Positions 11,241 through 29,279 of a DNA stretch of 64,000 nt are shown piece after piece. Source of the DNA: Octopus sinensis (Eukaryota). Numbering within the stretch: the first letter of the stretch is position 1; every line of letters begins with the position of its first letter. The DNA lies in contig NC_042997.1 in assembly GCF_006345805.1 (NCBI RefSeq), positions 148,552,001 through 148,616,000 on the forward strand, written 5' to 3'. Position numbers and translations under genes: made by a program. The notes beneath the pieces were generated by a model, which saw nothing but the letters and a program-made list of their open reading frames with translations, was not told the DNA's origin and made no database searches.

Positions 11241-12586
11241 CAGTCAGCGAGGTAATCTGTTCGGGCCAGTCACGCAGACGACGGAATACGTAGTCATAAT
11301 ACGGGACATATCAAATCTGTAATGAAGTATTTTGCTCAAGAACAAAATGCGCCGCGTTGTTCTGGAATAGAATCCATGATCTAGCGACTGTGAGTGCAAC
11401 GCCATAGCCATTAGGCTACGTGCCTTCATCCAACTTGTACCCCAAGTAAAAACAAACATATTGAATACATATTTACTAATAAAGTTGCATACAAACATTT
11501 TGAATACTGAAGTTGATAATTATATCATCTACTGCCGGGAGATAAATCATGTTCCCAGCTATAATATCATCAACGGCACCATCCAAATTTTACATGGAAT
11601 TTTATGCCAACAAATATCAATAAAGTCTGCTATATGGAACCACTCCTTTTGCGATTGAAATTCATCCTTTATGTCATTCGTAGAAACATAAAATAACAAC
11701 CGAATAAAACTACAAACGGTGGTTCCTGTTTATTTTCGCACAATTACGATTTTTATCTCTTGGAATAAAATGAAAGCAAAGTTTTCACCAACTATTTTGC
11801 ATCATTATTCTCTGTTAGTTGGTTGCAGGCTACAACTATTATATTTACTGCATCCAGACCAATGAATAATTACCAATGTGTAAGTGATCAAGTGAGTGCC
11901 GAAAGTAACGCACATGGAGTATTTTCACAAAGCTTTGATCCATTAGTTACTAAAGTGATATGTGTTTGATGGCAACAACATTAACCTAATATTTGGACGA
12001 TGATATTGCGGAGATTTTAGATGACAAATTGCATTAACCATGTTCCATAGAAAGAAAAGTGGGCTATATCCTAACTTCATAACATTTTTAAACTTCACGT
12101 AGAAAGTAGTGCAAAATAAATTTTCAAACATTGCAAAAGTATCCCAAGTTTTTTGTTATTTTTCTTTCAATATTACTGAAATTATAGCTTTTCTGAGTCA
12201 TGTAATAGCACTTAAATGTTCAACGTGATACACATACAAGTATTTGAAACTATATTCTCCGTATGCATAATCTCTAAACAATAACATTCACCGGTCTTGA
12301 AGGTAATTTAAAACCTGCAGCCTTTGATTTTTACTATTACAAAGTGGTTTCTTGCTGTTATAGATTTCCAAGTTCGGCTCGTTTCGTCTGCATTTGCAGA
12401 AAAACTGAGTGTATAATATCATATTCTATTACATTTTCTTGAAACTATTTTCCCGGGACAAATTTATGGCTCACAACCAGTATCCATAGCCAACAATTTG
12501 CGTCTTTACTATTTGCAACAGCTTCTGCATGTCTGTTTGTCTGTCTGTATGTATGTACGTATTCATGTGTGTATGTGTGTATATAT

Positions 12587-12654
<68 letters not shown>

Positions 12655-12658
<4 letters not shown>

Positions 12659-12805
12659 GTTATTCTGTTACTTATTGACTGCGGCCATGTTAGAGCATCA
12701 TCTTAAGGGGTTTTAGTCGAATAAATCGACCCCAAAACTTATTCTTTGTAAATTTAGTACTTATGCTATCGGTCACTTTGCGGAAAGGGGACCAGACACA
12801 CACAT

Positions 12806-12857
<52 letters not shown>

Positions 12858-13010
12858 GACACTATTCAGTTTCTATCTACCAAATCTACTCACAATGTTT
12901 TGGTCGGCCCGAGGCTATAGTAGAAGACCCTTGCCCAAGGTGTCAAGAGGTGAGCCTGAAACTATATGGTTGGGAAGCAGGTTTCTCACCACACAACAAT
13001 GCCTGCGCCT
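12655..13010 (-). mobile_element. SINE family A copy
   Basis: Contains GACTGCGGCCATG...AGCA, TTCAGTTTCTATCTACCAAATCTACTCAC and GGTCGGCCCGAGGCTATAGTAGAAGAC, the reverse complements of modules at 16013-16385. Confidence 0.85.
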
Positions 13011-13459
13011 TCACACACACACCTATATGTATATGTATGTAAACGATAGCCTAATAGTTGCAAGTGATCATATAAAAGTTATTGCCGGCGAGGAATAATA
13101 AGGAGGCTAGTTGTTTATTAAGACACTCCTAGATTGCAGCATTTCGAGCGCACTTTTGACTACACATTAAATTCATAGTCATATTTGACTAGCGCAATGG
13201 AACGTTTTGAAGCTAAATATTTAATAAATCTTTCAGGTGTGTTTTATTTTTATCTGCACTAAATTTGTTCAGGTTTTCTGATTGTCTCTATTATATTCTA
13301 TCACATGACTTTTACAGCAAACAAACAATTATGCTAAGTTTAAATTTATCTATATATGATAAGTTTTACAGTGGAAATTGGCTTTATAAAATTAACCAGA
13401 TTTTTTAAAACTATTGCAGTGAGAAATGAAATTTTGAAGATTTACAATAACAAAGAATT

Positions 13460-13740
13460 TTGCGGGCGAATGGCTTAGTTGTTAACGTGCTTCACTAAGA
13501 TTGCGAAACCATGCTTTCAATTCATGGACCAGATTGTTTTGTTCCTAAGCAAAACACCTTATCTCACGTTGTTCTGCTATGCCTTCGACATCTAACGTGT
13601 GGTACACACTTCAACTGTTCAAGTATCATCGATTTCATAGAAGGAGTATAATAATGAACAATACAAAAATTCGATCGCTAGAAACAAATCAACTGTGTAG
13701 GTTGTTCAGCAAGAAATTACAGAACCGGTTATCTTAGACT
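13460..13740 (+). mobile_element. Degenerate tRNA-headed SINE-like repeat (other family)
   Basis: A-box-like TGGCTTAGTTGTTA followed by a decayed B-box and a repeat-like body. Confidence 0.4.
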
Positions 13741-14186
13741 GCGAGAACCACCTGATGCCACAAATTAAATGGTTTTCATTAAAAGAAATACAAATTTAAT
13801 AAATAGTGTTATGTTTCGGGTTGGTTATTTTTTCTTGGCAAATAAATATTCGCACAATATATTAATTTTTCACTCGTTTATTACTGTTTTGTTTTTTAAA
13901 TCATGTTCATTATCTAGAAATCTTTCGTCACTCATCTGTGACATCTTCAGTAACACTTCCACCCACGTGTTTCCTGCCATTATGCTTAGCAAAAATGGAA
14001 GAAGACAAAATGTCCATCTAAAAACATACCAATATCTCAACACAAGATTTCACACCAGGAAACTTGCAAAACAATTTCATAAACTGATTTAAATAAATAT
14101 ATCTACGAATTCGGTTTATCTTAAAATTTGAGGTATACATTTCAATTTTCCTTCCTTGAAAATGTGACGATACACCTCAATATTAA

Positions 14187-14298
<112 letters not shown>

Positions 14299-14469
14299 AT
14301 ATATATATGTAATTATATATATATTTATATATTCACATATGTCTGTATGTGTAAGTATGCATGTATGTATACATGTATGTGGGTGGGTGTGTAATTCTTT
14401 GTCTGTGTGTGTGTTTGTGTGTATTGTCTAGAGTACTGCACTCGGATATTTCCTATCCGATCCTATATG

Positions 14470-14630
14470 TAAAATGTGGTGGTTAGATTTTCTACATTTC
14501 AGACTCAGAGAAACCGAGACTCGCAAAAACAGTTTATTCAGGGCTCTGGAGACTATGTTAATTATTCCTTTTAGACGAGGAAATATGAAGAGGTCTTCGA
14601 TAACCAGGTTACAGCGAAATACGGGTGTTT
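14470..14630 (-). pseudogene. Possible mariner transposase C-terminal fragment
   Basis: ORF 14428-14691 contains TPVFRCNLVIEDLFIFPRLKG, resembling the mariner ...YSPDLAPxDFFLFPRLK motif. Confidence 0.35.
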
Positions 14631-15759
14631 CTTCTACATACACATACTCTCTTTCAGACAAAGACATACACACACATATATATATAAGCAATGTCTTTGT
14701 TTTGTAATCTAATTATTTATGTAAGAAATGATAATAACAATAAGATGAGAAGAAGAAACTGATAAGCAAAATATCAAATGAGAGCATTTGTTTTATTGCT
14801 ATATAATTGCCTCTGTATATCTACACATGAATTTCCTGGTCTTTGTAGTCTACATTACGTGCTTCATTAACCTTCTTTATAATTTCCAATACATGTATTA
14901 TACTTTCAATAAAAAACTTAGAATCAGATTATCTGCACAACTGCAACGCCAATTAGAGCATCTTTACAGAGGATACCTTGGCAGATGGAAAACGTAATTA
15001 CATCGAAAATGGCGGAAAATCATGTACTTTGACTCATTATTATTGCAGCGTAATCAGTTTCATTAGAGATAGAAAAAGGTAGTTGAGATTGTCATGCTAT
15101 TAGAAAAGCTGGAATTAGCAAATATGCAGATTTCGTTTATAAAATGCTATTATATGAAATAATGAGAAATTAAATACTTTAATTTTACTTCAAAACATTT
15201 CTTAGAAAGTAAATTAAATGTTAAATTTTTAAAAAAGTTATTTGAAGATATCGTCTCGTAAATGTATTGGCCAGGAGATGCTAAATTGAGGACACATAGG
15301 ATGAGCGCATTTCGGAGTCGTGAACATTTTACGCTCAGTAACATGATATATTCAATGGAAGTTTCCTTACGATGTTGCGATGTGCGAAAGCTCTAGTGAC
15401 TGCTTATTGAAGCTCGTGACTTACTCCTTTTTATTGTTCTAATTGTGGTACTGTCAACTATCTTTGAGGTAAAGCAGTGAGAAGTATAACTTGAGTATCA
15501 AGATAATAATATTTAATGTTATGTAAACATATTAACTTTTTCTAGTTTCTAGCCATACATGTTTACTTTTTATTTACGAGCACAAGAATTTCTTTAAGAA
15601 AACACTTATAATTTCATAATTTGCGTTACAGATACGTGAAAACCATTAGCCAAATTTTCGCTTTAATTTTCACATTGATATTCAAAAACTTCAACCCTGA
15701 AAATCGTCTACACTTACAGAGGAAACGATTATGGTAACCCAGCATCGCAGCAGATTTCA

Positions 15760-15881
<122 letters not shown>

Positions 15882-16012
15882 TATACATGAATTCGCCTTG
15901 AATGGTCCCTTTGCATACTGAACACTTGGTGAAATTGATTAATAATTAATTAATTTTGCCCTCAATTGTTGAAATTATATACATATATATATAATACATA
16001 CATATATATATA

Positions 16013-16385
16013 GGCGTAGGAGTGGATGTGTGGTAAGTAGCTTGCTAACCAACCACACGGTTGCGGGTTCAGTCCCACTGCGTGGCATCTTGGGCAAGTG
16101 TCTTCTGCTATAGCCCCGGGCCGACCAATGCCTTGTGAGTGGATTTGGTAGACGGAAACTGAAAGAAGCCTGTCGTATATATGTATATATATGTTTATGC
16201 GTGTGTGTTTGTGTGTCTGTGTTTGTTCCCCTAGCATTGCTTGACAACCGATGCTGGTGTGTTTACGTCCCCGTCACTTAGCGGTTCGGCAAAAAAGAGA
16301 CCGATAGAATAAGTACTAAAAGGTGGTGCTCCAGCATGGCCGCAGTCAAATGACTGAAACAAGTAAAAGAGTAAAGAGTAAGAGT
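16013..16385 (+). mobile_element. SINE family A copy, full length
   Basis: Head AGGCGTAGGAGTGGATGTGTGGTAAG (A box) and GGTTCAGTCCCAC (B box), central (TG)n, tail GCTCCAGCATGGCCGCAGTCAAATGACTGAAACAAGTAAAAGAGTAAAG. Confidence 0.9.
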
Positions 16386-17247
16386 ATATATAGCCGCCGG
16401 TATGAATTTTTTCTAAATTTCCAAACCTTATTATTTTCACAGTAACATTTTTGTAATTTTTGTTACGCAGTTTTAATATTATTATTATTTGCTGCTGATA
16501 ACTGCGCTTGCGCGGTGGGTTTGAAGATATAATATATAAGTATAATGTACGCACGTGCGATTTCGGTACGTTTCAGCTACATAATTATATATTAATTTTA
16601 GCGACCTCAATGATGAAGTACCGTTGACAAATTAATTTGTTTGCTCATTAATGGAGAAACTCGAGTTTGGGGTTAATTATAAAAATATTTTAATATTTTC
16701 ATTCCCTTTGAAATTACTTTTGCTCGTAGTTTGCGTTTTGACTGTTCTTTCTGCGTCCTGCCTCCTTCGTACATAAATACTTTATTGTTAATACACTGTT
16801 ATATATATCCGCAAGTATATGTATGTGCGTGTGATTTGTATTTAGAGGTCCATGGTGAGAAATCATGTGTTGATACACACTATTGTAATCTGGGAGGATT
16901 TTATCAGTTAATATAACAGAAGTACTAATTGAAATTAATTTATTTTAGTCTCTGTAGCTTTTCCCAACTAGATTGCAGAATCCATGTTCAGTATTAACGT
17001 TTTAAAATGAACATTTTGTGAGCATAATCTGTACATCAATCAATATTTCTTAAATAAAAATTTTAATATTTCAAAGCTGGATACAAAAATCTTTCATATT
17101 ATTTGTATATTTTCTTTCAGATTTCATTCAAGATTGAAATTAATCATAGCAAACATTACTAGTATATTGTGCAGATAGAATAGTTGATTTCAACAAATAA
17201 TTAACGTTTATTGCGTTGTACGAAGAATCAACCGGATGTTTGATATA

Positions 17248-17291
<44 letters not shown>

Positions 17292-17976
17292 TGTGCATTA
17301 GTGCGTGTGTATGTATAGTATTTTAACTTGTAGTTTGCCTTTTCAGTGCAGTCTTGAAGTAGTGCTTTTCAGCCATATAGTATACTATACTTCTGTTGTG
17401 ATGCTTTACGTAAGCACGTTTTCTATGTTCACATGAGTAATTTAGTAGGAGAAACATTGAAAGTTACAAATTTATTTTTTCTTATTATTTGATCTACTAC
17501 ATTAAGTATAAGACAATTTACTTAACGATTAACAATGAAAGCACATTGAAGAAATATTTTGTATTAAAGGAATAATTTCTTCAAAGACTATTTTTCAAAC
17601 ATTAAGGAAGTGGTTTACAAATAGAATTAGGTTGAAAATAGTCCCTTATTTCCTCCAACGTCTTTGATTTCTCCGATGACATTATTCTATGTTTACTTAT
17701 TTGCGTACTAACAATATCTTGAGTAAGGTATTTCGAAAGCTGATATATTAGGAGATTATATAAAATAATTTTGCAATTCGACATCGCAAAGCATGTGAAA
17801 TTCGATTCAATAACAATTAATATGAGTAAAACGATACATATCGCTCCTTGAAGTGCCTTTGATGTTCAATGGATATGTTTTTACTGATAGATGCAGTTTC
17901 GTATATAGTACTTTTTATCGTAATTAAGTGTATCGGTTATACACATCTATTTAAATGTTTTATACATATCTAGATG

Positions 17977-18228
<252 letters not shown>

Positions 18229-18262
18229 TATATGTATATATGTATATATATATATATATATA

Positions 18263-18335
<73 letters not shown>

Positions 18336-20059
18336 CATACATACACAAATACATATGTTACCATCATTATGAATTATTGGGTTTTATATATTCATACAGT
18401 GCAGGCTATATTAGGTTTTGATAACTTGCAAAATTCAAAATTCAAATGTGACATATGTTCTAATATAAAACAAAATCACATATTTTTGATATTTCTTCGT
18501 TGAAATATGTAAAGATTGCGAAATAATATTATTGTGCAACTTCAATGGCGAGTATTTTAACATTGTGTCCGCCGGTTTAATGTTCTTTATTCCATACAAT
18601 AATTTGCCGCCAAAATTCAAAGAAAGAAAGCTAATTTATGTATGATAGGCAAAGTTGTGTGATGAATTTCGAGACAATAGACTTTATCTAAGTATTCTGT
18701 CCGAAACCGATTACTGAAATACAATCGTGTCATCACCTTTATCAGCCACTCTCTTTTGCCCTGACATCGTTTTATATTTTCAGCTACACTATAAAGGATA
18801 GTGTCTATGCGTATATAGGGTCGAAGACTCTCTTACCTGGGCATCTATGAAATCCAGTATTTATTCTTGCTCGACTGTTATTATGCTTGAAATAGCAGCC
18901 GAAATTCTTTAAACGATATCCTACAATCTTGTAAAGCGAAAGTCACGTTAAACAATGAAGACTATATAACTCCTCAAAGTGGTGTTATCACGAATAAATG
19001 CATTTGATCATAAGCATGCTTGCTCCAAAATTACGTAGGATTAAAATCTACAACAATCATTTTTTAACGACTCCAGCACAATAAACTCTTTCTAACAACT
19101 TACATTGAGACCGTATGTTTTACAGTAATTTCTTATGTTCTTGTTGCTATTTTTCCTAAACTACGCTATCAAATTTATTTCATTCGTGAATAGCAGATCA
19201 TTATTCCAGACACTCTTTATATAGGGATATAGTATCTCGTGTAGTGTTCTTTTGGAACAGGTAAAGCAAATATATATAAACTATTTTGATGACACATCCG
19301 TACTTGAATATGTTGAAAAAACGTTGTATATCTTCAGCTAAACCTTATCATGAAGTGGTATATTCAGAGAAATTCAAGGTGTAACAAACTCGTATTTTAG
19401 AGTTATGCCTGACTAAAGTTTTAAATATATTTATATTCCGATTTCATTATCGCGACTTCCACTACAATTATTTTGATACGACTCAGTTATTGATGGTTTT
19501 CCAAGTGCAGTTTCACTCTAAAGTATAGTAATGCAAAAACATCAGTGTCAAACCTAAGCAAATAAATAACATCAAAGAGGATGTCGTGTGGTTGATTAAT
19601 AAATTTGAAATGGAATCACACGGTTTGAAAAGCCATCGTTTTGATACAATTACAACTAAGGTTAAGACGAAATAAAAAATTACACTCTCCCAATATATTT
19701 AAGATGTATTCTCAATTCTTGCTTCATTAGCTGCTGAATGATATAGTATTAAAACTAGATTTGAAATACAATGATGTGTATGTTCAATGAAATAAATTCA
19801 ACAATACGAAAATAATTAAAGCAATTATATATTAATTTATTTAGAAAATTATTGTATTACTATTGCATAACGAAATTCTAATCAACAAAATTCGTTCTCA
19901 TAACACAAATTTTATTGTTCATTCAGTGTAATGTTTTCTATATCTATTTGTTGTAAAATTCCTTAAGACAAAAGTACACTTGCAAAACAAGTGCTACGTA
20001 TCGTCGAAGTATTCAGTGTAATAATAATGATTATTTATTTATTTATTTATTTTTTATTA

Positions 20060-23650
<3,591 letters not shown>

Positions 23651-24664
23651 TATAGCAATAATAACATTAATGCATTGTGAATATTCGCATAAATATTAAC
23701 TATATCTAGTGTTATAATTAGAATAATTACAAAAAACATTAATAGTTAATTAAATCATATTTAAAATCTTTAAGACTTAAGCATACTAGTTAACTTTTTC
23801 AGAATAATCAATATATTTTCAATCACAGCCTACGAAATGCTTGTATATGCGTGCATGTGTTTGTGTGTGTCATTCTCTGTCTGTGTTTGTCTCATTCTCC
23901 GTATGTGACTGTGTGTGTGTACGTGTGCACCAGTGCTTATAAGTATAAATATATACAGAATTTTATAGATTAACATGTTTTATAGATGAACATGTTTCCT
24001 CTTACAGCTATTATATAGTATGGGAAACTATAATTTTTATACTTTTAGATAGACAGCTTAACAATATACTCAGGCTATATTATGAACCGCGACAATGTAT
24101 ATTTATGAAGGTGAGAATAATTTAATGGCAAATATTTATGAATCTGATTTGGTCGTTCTTTGAAGATGAGACCCGACCTCGCAATATAAACTGATTATCA
24201 GAAATAATTTTATGCTTTTTATTCTGATTCCCTATTATTTCTGTCAATCCCCCGTTCTATTTATCTTAATACAGACCAATTTATCACTGGCTCTGCCGTA
24301 TTTAAATAAATCTTCTCTATCAAGTATAATTGAGCAATAAATCACATTACAATTTCTCGGAGATGTGTAACGCATAATCGAGTATATGTGTCCTGTTCGA
24401 ACATAATGTATTGTTATTTGTTTCAGAATTTGCATATTGTTAGGAATAATTACTACAGGTGAGATGACGTTTAATTCAGGCGAAATGTCTTGCAATATTT
24501 ATTTATGCATCGGTATTGGGTCAGTTCCATAGTGTAAAACGTTTTGCGTCCATATTCTATTTTAATAGTGTCAACGTATAGCATAAACAAACATTCAAAA
24601 ATAAAACAATTATCGCATGGCTAATTAAGTTTTGTTATATCCTGAATTTAATGATTCAGATAAT

Positions 24665-24880
24665 TAAACCTGCCAGAATCGTTACCGCGGTAGAAAAATT
24701 GCATAGCCATACTTCATCCGAACTTACGTTCCAGGTTCAAACGTCGCCGTGGTCGACTTCTCCTTTCATCCTTTCGAAGTTGATAAAATAAGTATCACTT
24801 GAACAGTGGAGTCGATGCAATCAACTTAGCCCCTCACTCAAAATTACTGACCTTCTGCTAATATTTGAAACCAATATTTT
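24665..24880 (+). mobile_element. SINE family B, degenerate copy
   Basis: CGTTCCAGGTTCAAACGTCGCCGTGGTCGACTTCTCCTTTCATCC matches the family B B-box module at 56297. Confidence 0.7.
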
Positions 24881-27800
24881 AACTAATTTAATATCATCTT
24901 TATTTCCGCTCTTTCACGTCTATCCTTCCGTTTTACTTGTTCATTGGGCATATTATTTTCTACACAGTATATGTGTACTAGAATAGTATTAAAATTCCAA
25001 GGTTAGTAATGAATTGGTATGCATTAATGTAAATACCGAGAAGGATTCAGATAAATACAAAGGAATTAGAATAAGTGGCCATATAACATTTTTTTTGTTT
25101 ATTACTCTGTTTATACTAAGGTCGGAACCCATCTAGAAAAGACACCAAATCATGAATAATCCTTAAATTATCCTCATCTTTATAGATATATTGTTATGGT
25201 TTTCCGTATATAAACGATATATTAATAAGTAGGTCTCTCCAACTTCTTATTATTCACAAAGTTCTTCTTACACAATATTTTGAATGGTGTTCTTAAAGAT
25301 TTCGGCATAATATAATGAATGATAAACAGAGAAAATAAAGCTTTCGAAAGGAATAATGTCAAGGTGTAACAGGCTCCTGATGATTATTTAGCATTTTGAT
25401 TATGCAGTAATCTATTTAAGTGCCAGGGAAAGCAAATATTAATCTCTAAATCAGAATCATCCAACTCATAAAGCTTATACGCTTAAGCTGTTTTCCATAA
25501 ACTTGTCCCATGAATATGTTAACTAAGAATAAAGCACCTTGAAGAGCACAACTATAACCACAATGGTCCAAATGAGTACAATAACGAGTTACTAATTCAC
25601 TGCTGATTACTTTGAGCAATGAAAAGCAATAAGGATCATGGTTAGGATTGATTGCCTAAAATATGTTTCTCCTTGAATATTTTACAAACCAACGATAACG
25701 TCAAGAGAAAAAGGAAAATAATATAAGAATATAAACAAAATAACGTTAGAATATTTAAGAACATTCCGTTTGAATATTCCTAGGTTATCAACTAAACTGG
25801 GCTGCGCTGGGCCGCGCTGAATAAGTAAGTCGTTATGTATGCGAATGGTTTTATGCTGTATTCAATGAAAATTTTGCTACATGTTTCGAATAGGTTCATT
25901 AAATATAATGACACCAAGTTCAGTTTAGGAGATAATGTTATTCAGTCTTGAAGAGTGGAAAATTAGAACCAGAACGGTAATGTCATGTTAAATATAAGGA
26001 AACGGAGATAAGAGAATTAGAGCAAACACTGTCTTACATATGTTAAGGAATTAATTAAACAAGGTACATCGCTTAAAATGATGGAAAATGTTAGGAAGAA
26101 ATATTATAGAGTTATAATCATAGAGTTAGCTTAATACTTAAACTTAGTATAATGCCAATAATAAGGTATTAGATATCAATCTTTTAAAGATTTCATTTGT
26201 AAGCTGCATGCATAATACTCTGAATAGGGAACTAACTGAATTAAAGTATCGTTACTGGAATATAATGAAAATAATGACAGAATTTGGATCACACTATCCT
26301 AAATCCTGATACAGCGTATTAACTTCCATAGCTGCGGAGATGCAGGTGACTATGTAATTGGAGAATACTTATGAAATAACTAAGATACCTTATAAATCAC
26401 ACAATATAGAATAAACGGACATTAACAAATTAAGTCCGGAAAAAATAACCAAATAACACATGCACTCAAGAATGCAGGCCAGAAGAAATAAGTATAAAGC
26501 AGGGAAATGTATGTAAACTAAATAAAATTCAGACGACAATATTCATTTGAAAGTTGAAAAGACAGTATCTAGTTATGGCCGTTCAAAGACGAAATGCGAG
26601 AAAGTAATTGACACCAAGGTGTTTATGAGCACAGACAAAAGCAAAAGCTTTCTAAGATATGCTATCCAAATAGGAAACAAAGCTAAATAAATGATATTGA
26701 AGAAGATGGCAAACAATATGCAGAATATGTGGAAGTTGTAACAAATCGATTTTCGTTATACAGTCTGAAGCAAATCAGGGTAGAGAAACAGCCCCACAAA
26801 TTTAGACAATTCAGAAAATAGAAACAATGCTAGTAACTTGTAATATCGATTCTGTAGGAATAATACCTCTTCTCTGTTCCGGCTCATTACAGTCTAAGTT
26901 TGGATATCCGCATTGTAATTTTATTTGGGTTTTTCATAGGAAAATCAAAGTACAAGTCAAGTACACGGAAATATGACATCGATTAGCAATCTCTAAAAAA
27001 AGCAAATGGCTAGCAAGGTACTGTGGAAAATGAATCCTCTCTGATGTGTGGAATTCCAATGAAAACTGAACTTATACATTAACTGGAGAACACAGCATTG
27101 GAAATTATTTTAAATATGTGTTACACCTTTTATTAACGTCAGCAGTACAAGAACACACAAACTTTGACATAACCTCACTTAATGCAGTTTCTCATAGGTG
27201 CCCCATTAAATGACAGATCATAGAGATAACATTGGCAATGCATTGATAAATATCAATTCAGACACAGTTATCAAATAAAACCTTACTAGACTATATTGTC
27301 GAATCCCGAAAGGAAAAGTAATAACTTCAGATCGAGACATGATTTCTGGTATCGATAATATATCTTAGAAGAAAGACAGGAATATAGAGATCTAGAGATA
27401 TCTTGGATGCAGTAATAGAAAATAAGGTAATAGGAAAATAATAGAAAAATATGTGCGTGCCAGGATGTGTGTTCTTTCTGTATATGTATACAGACACACA
27501 CTCACAAATAAACACAAGCATGCACACACATTTACATATAGACACGCGCATTTACACATTTTCTCTTCAGTTTTTACTTATTTGAATTCTTCTGTGGATG
27601 GAGCTGGCTTCGAACAAAGATATAAAGCTTCATCGTTGGAATGTAGATGTGATTTAGTTGATTGGTTTCTTCTACCAAAAATCTCATATCATCCAGCTTC
27701 TTAATCATTTACTCACAAAAACCAAGGCCACTGATTATTATTTAATAATGATTTATGATCTAGATATAGAAGCTGGAGGTTTCGAAACAGGTATCTATAG

Positions 27801-28202
27801 TTGTCCTCTTTCTCTTTGATTTCCAAAGTGATATATACAGCGAGCAGGATAGCTGACCTCTATAATTGTACATACTTTTCTTGTGCGCTTCAGCCTGCTT
27901 TTAACTTAACCGCCCAAAGAGACAAACAAACAAATTGGTATGATTACAACCATATTGAATTTATCCCTTTTTCTTCTCTATGCTAATCTTCTTTCTTTAT
28001 TCTTCACTCTAATAAATCTCCTAGTTTCAGATCGGTTTTATAACAAAATATGATTAGTAGTTTTACTTACTTTTGTATATCAGTGGCAATACCATGCAAC
28101 ATTTGAAGCAGAAACAGCTGTTAGATGGGATGCAGTCTATTTGCATTGAATTGATAAATAATAATTGATGTAAGTCAATTGGTGTCCATCATTACTTCTC
28201 AA

Positions 28203-28260
<58 letters not shown>

Positions 28261-28679
28261 GTGGATTTTTGGCATTTTCCCCTCCGTCATCCTTTTCTTT
28301 CAAACTTCTTTCTGTCTCCTGTTTCTGAAGCAGAGCTTTGCCCGAAACATAAAACACCCTTTCATTCCTTCCCTGAGCATCTTATTAATACTTTGCATGT
28401 ACCACGTCCTCACGTTGTTGTTATTTCATGTGTTTTTCTTCGTTTTCATAGGATTAATTATACACAGGCACACAAGCACACACACACATATGCACACACA
28501 CACACCCCTACGCGCACACACACGAACACACACACATACACACACACACATATATATATATGTAAATATATATGCAAACATTACATTTTTAAATCATTGA
28601 GAGAGAGTTATGCAGTAACGGCATAACAAGTGATGACTTATTGCCAATTTAATGTGGGAGTACCAGGAGGGACAAGAAT

Positions 28680-28831
28680 GTTACTGTTATTCAACCCTAA
28701 GAAACACTGTGCCTAGGTGTCTTTGTTGGATGGAGGTGCTTATCTCCCGTGTTTGAAAGGTTAAGGTCACAGTACGCTTGTATCCCGTAGCCAAGTAGAA
28801 ACGTTATTTCTTGGGGCTAAATAGCAGTAAC
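28680..28831. mobile_element. MITE related to 1562-1787 (shared TIR type)
   Basis: GTTACTGTTATTCAACCCTAAGAAAC pairs imperfectly with TTTCTTGGGGCTAAATAGCAGTAAC. Confidence 0.65.
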
Positions 28832-28904
28832 ATACATCCCGTTCCCGGGAATTCTACATTACGTTGACAACAAGCCATCACTATATATACATATACATCC
28901 ATCC

Positions 28905-28983
<79 letters not shown>

Positions 28984-29228
28984 TAGGCGTATAACATCAT
29001 GATGTGTAAAATGAAACAACCTAACCTATTGCCTCCATGCGGTGTGTAAAACACGATGAGCTGTTGATCATTTATACGGTAAATGTATCTGGAACAATAA
29101 TGATATTGACTATGATGAATGCGATGATGATGATGATGATAATGATGATGATGATGATGATGATGAGGATGACATCAACAACAAGAGCGCAACAACAACG
29201 ACAACATTAACGATAACACTTCTACAAC

Positions 29229-29267
<39 letters not shown>

Positions 29268-29279
29268 TAATAATAATTA

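Noticed and set aside
11253-11265. AATCTGTTC resemblance of the Tx1-like target to the U2 snRNA site used by Keno elements
   Set aside because: Only about 8 nt match; flanks do not resemble U2.
16013-16090. tRNA gene
   Set aside because: A and B boxes belong to SINE heads; no complete cloverleaf or terminator.
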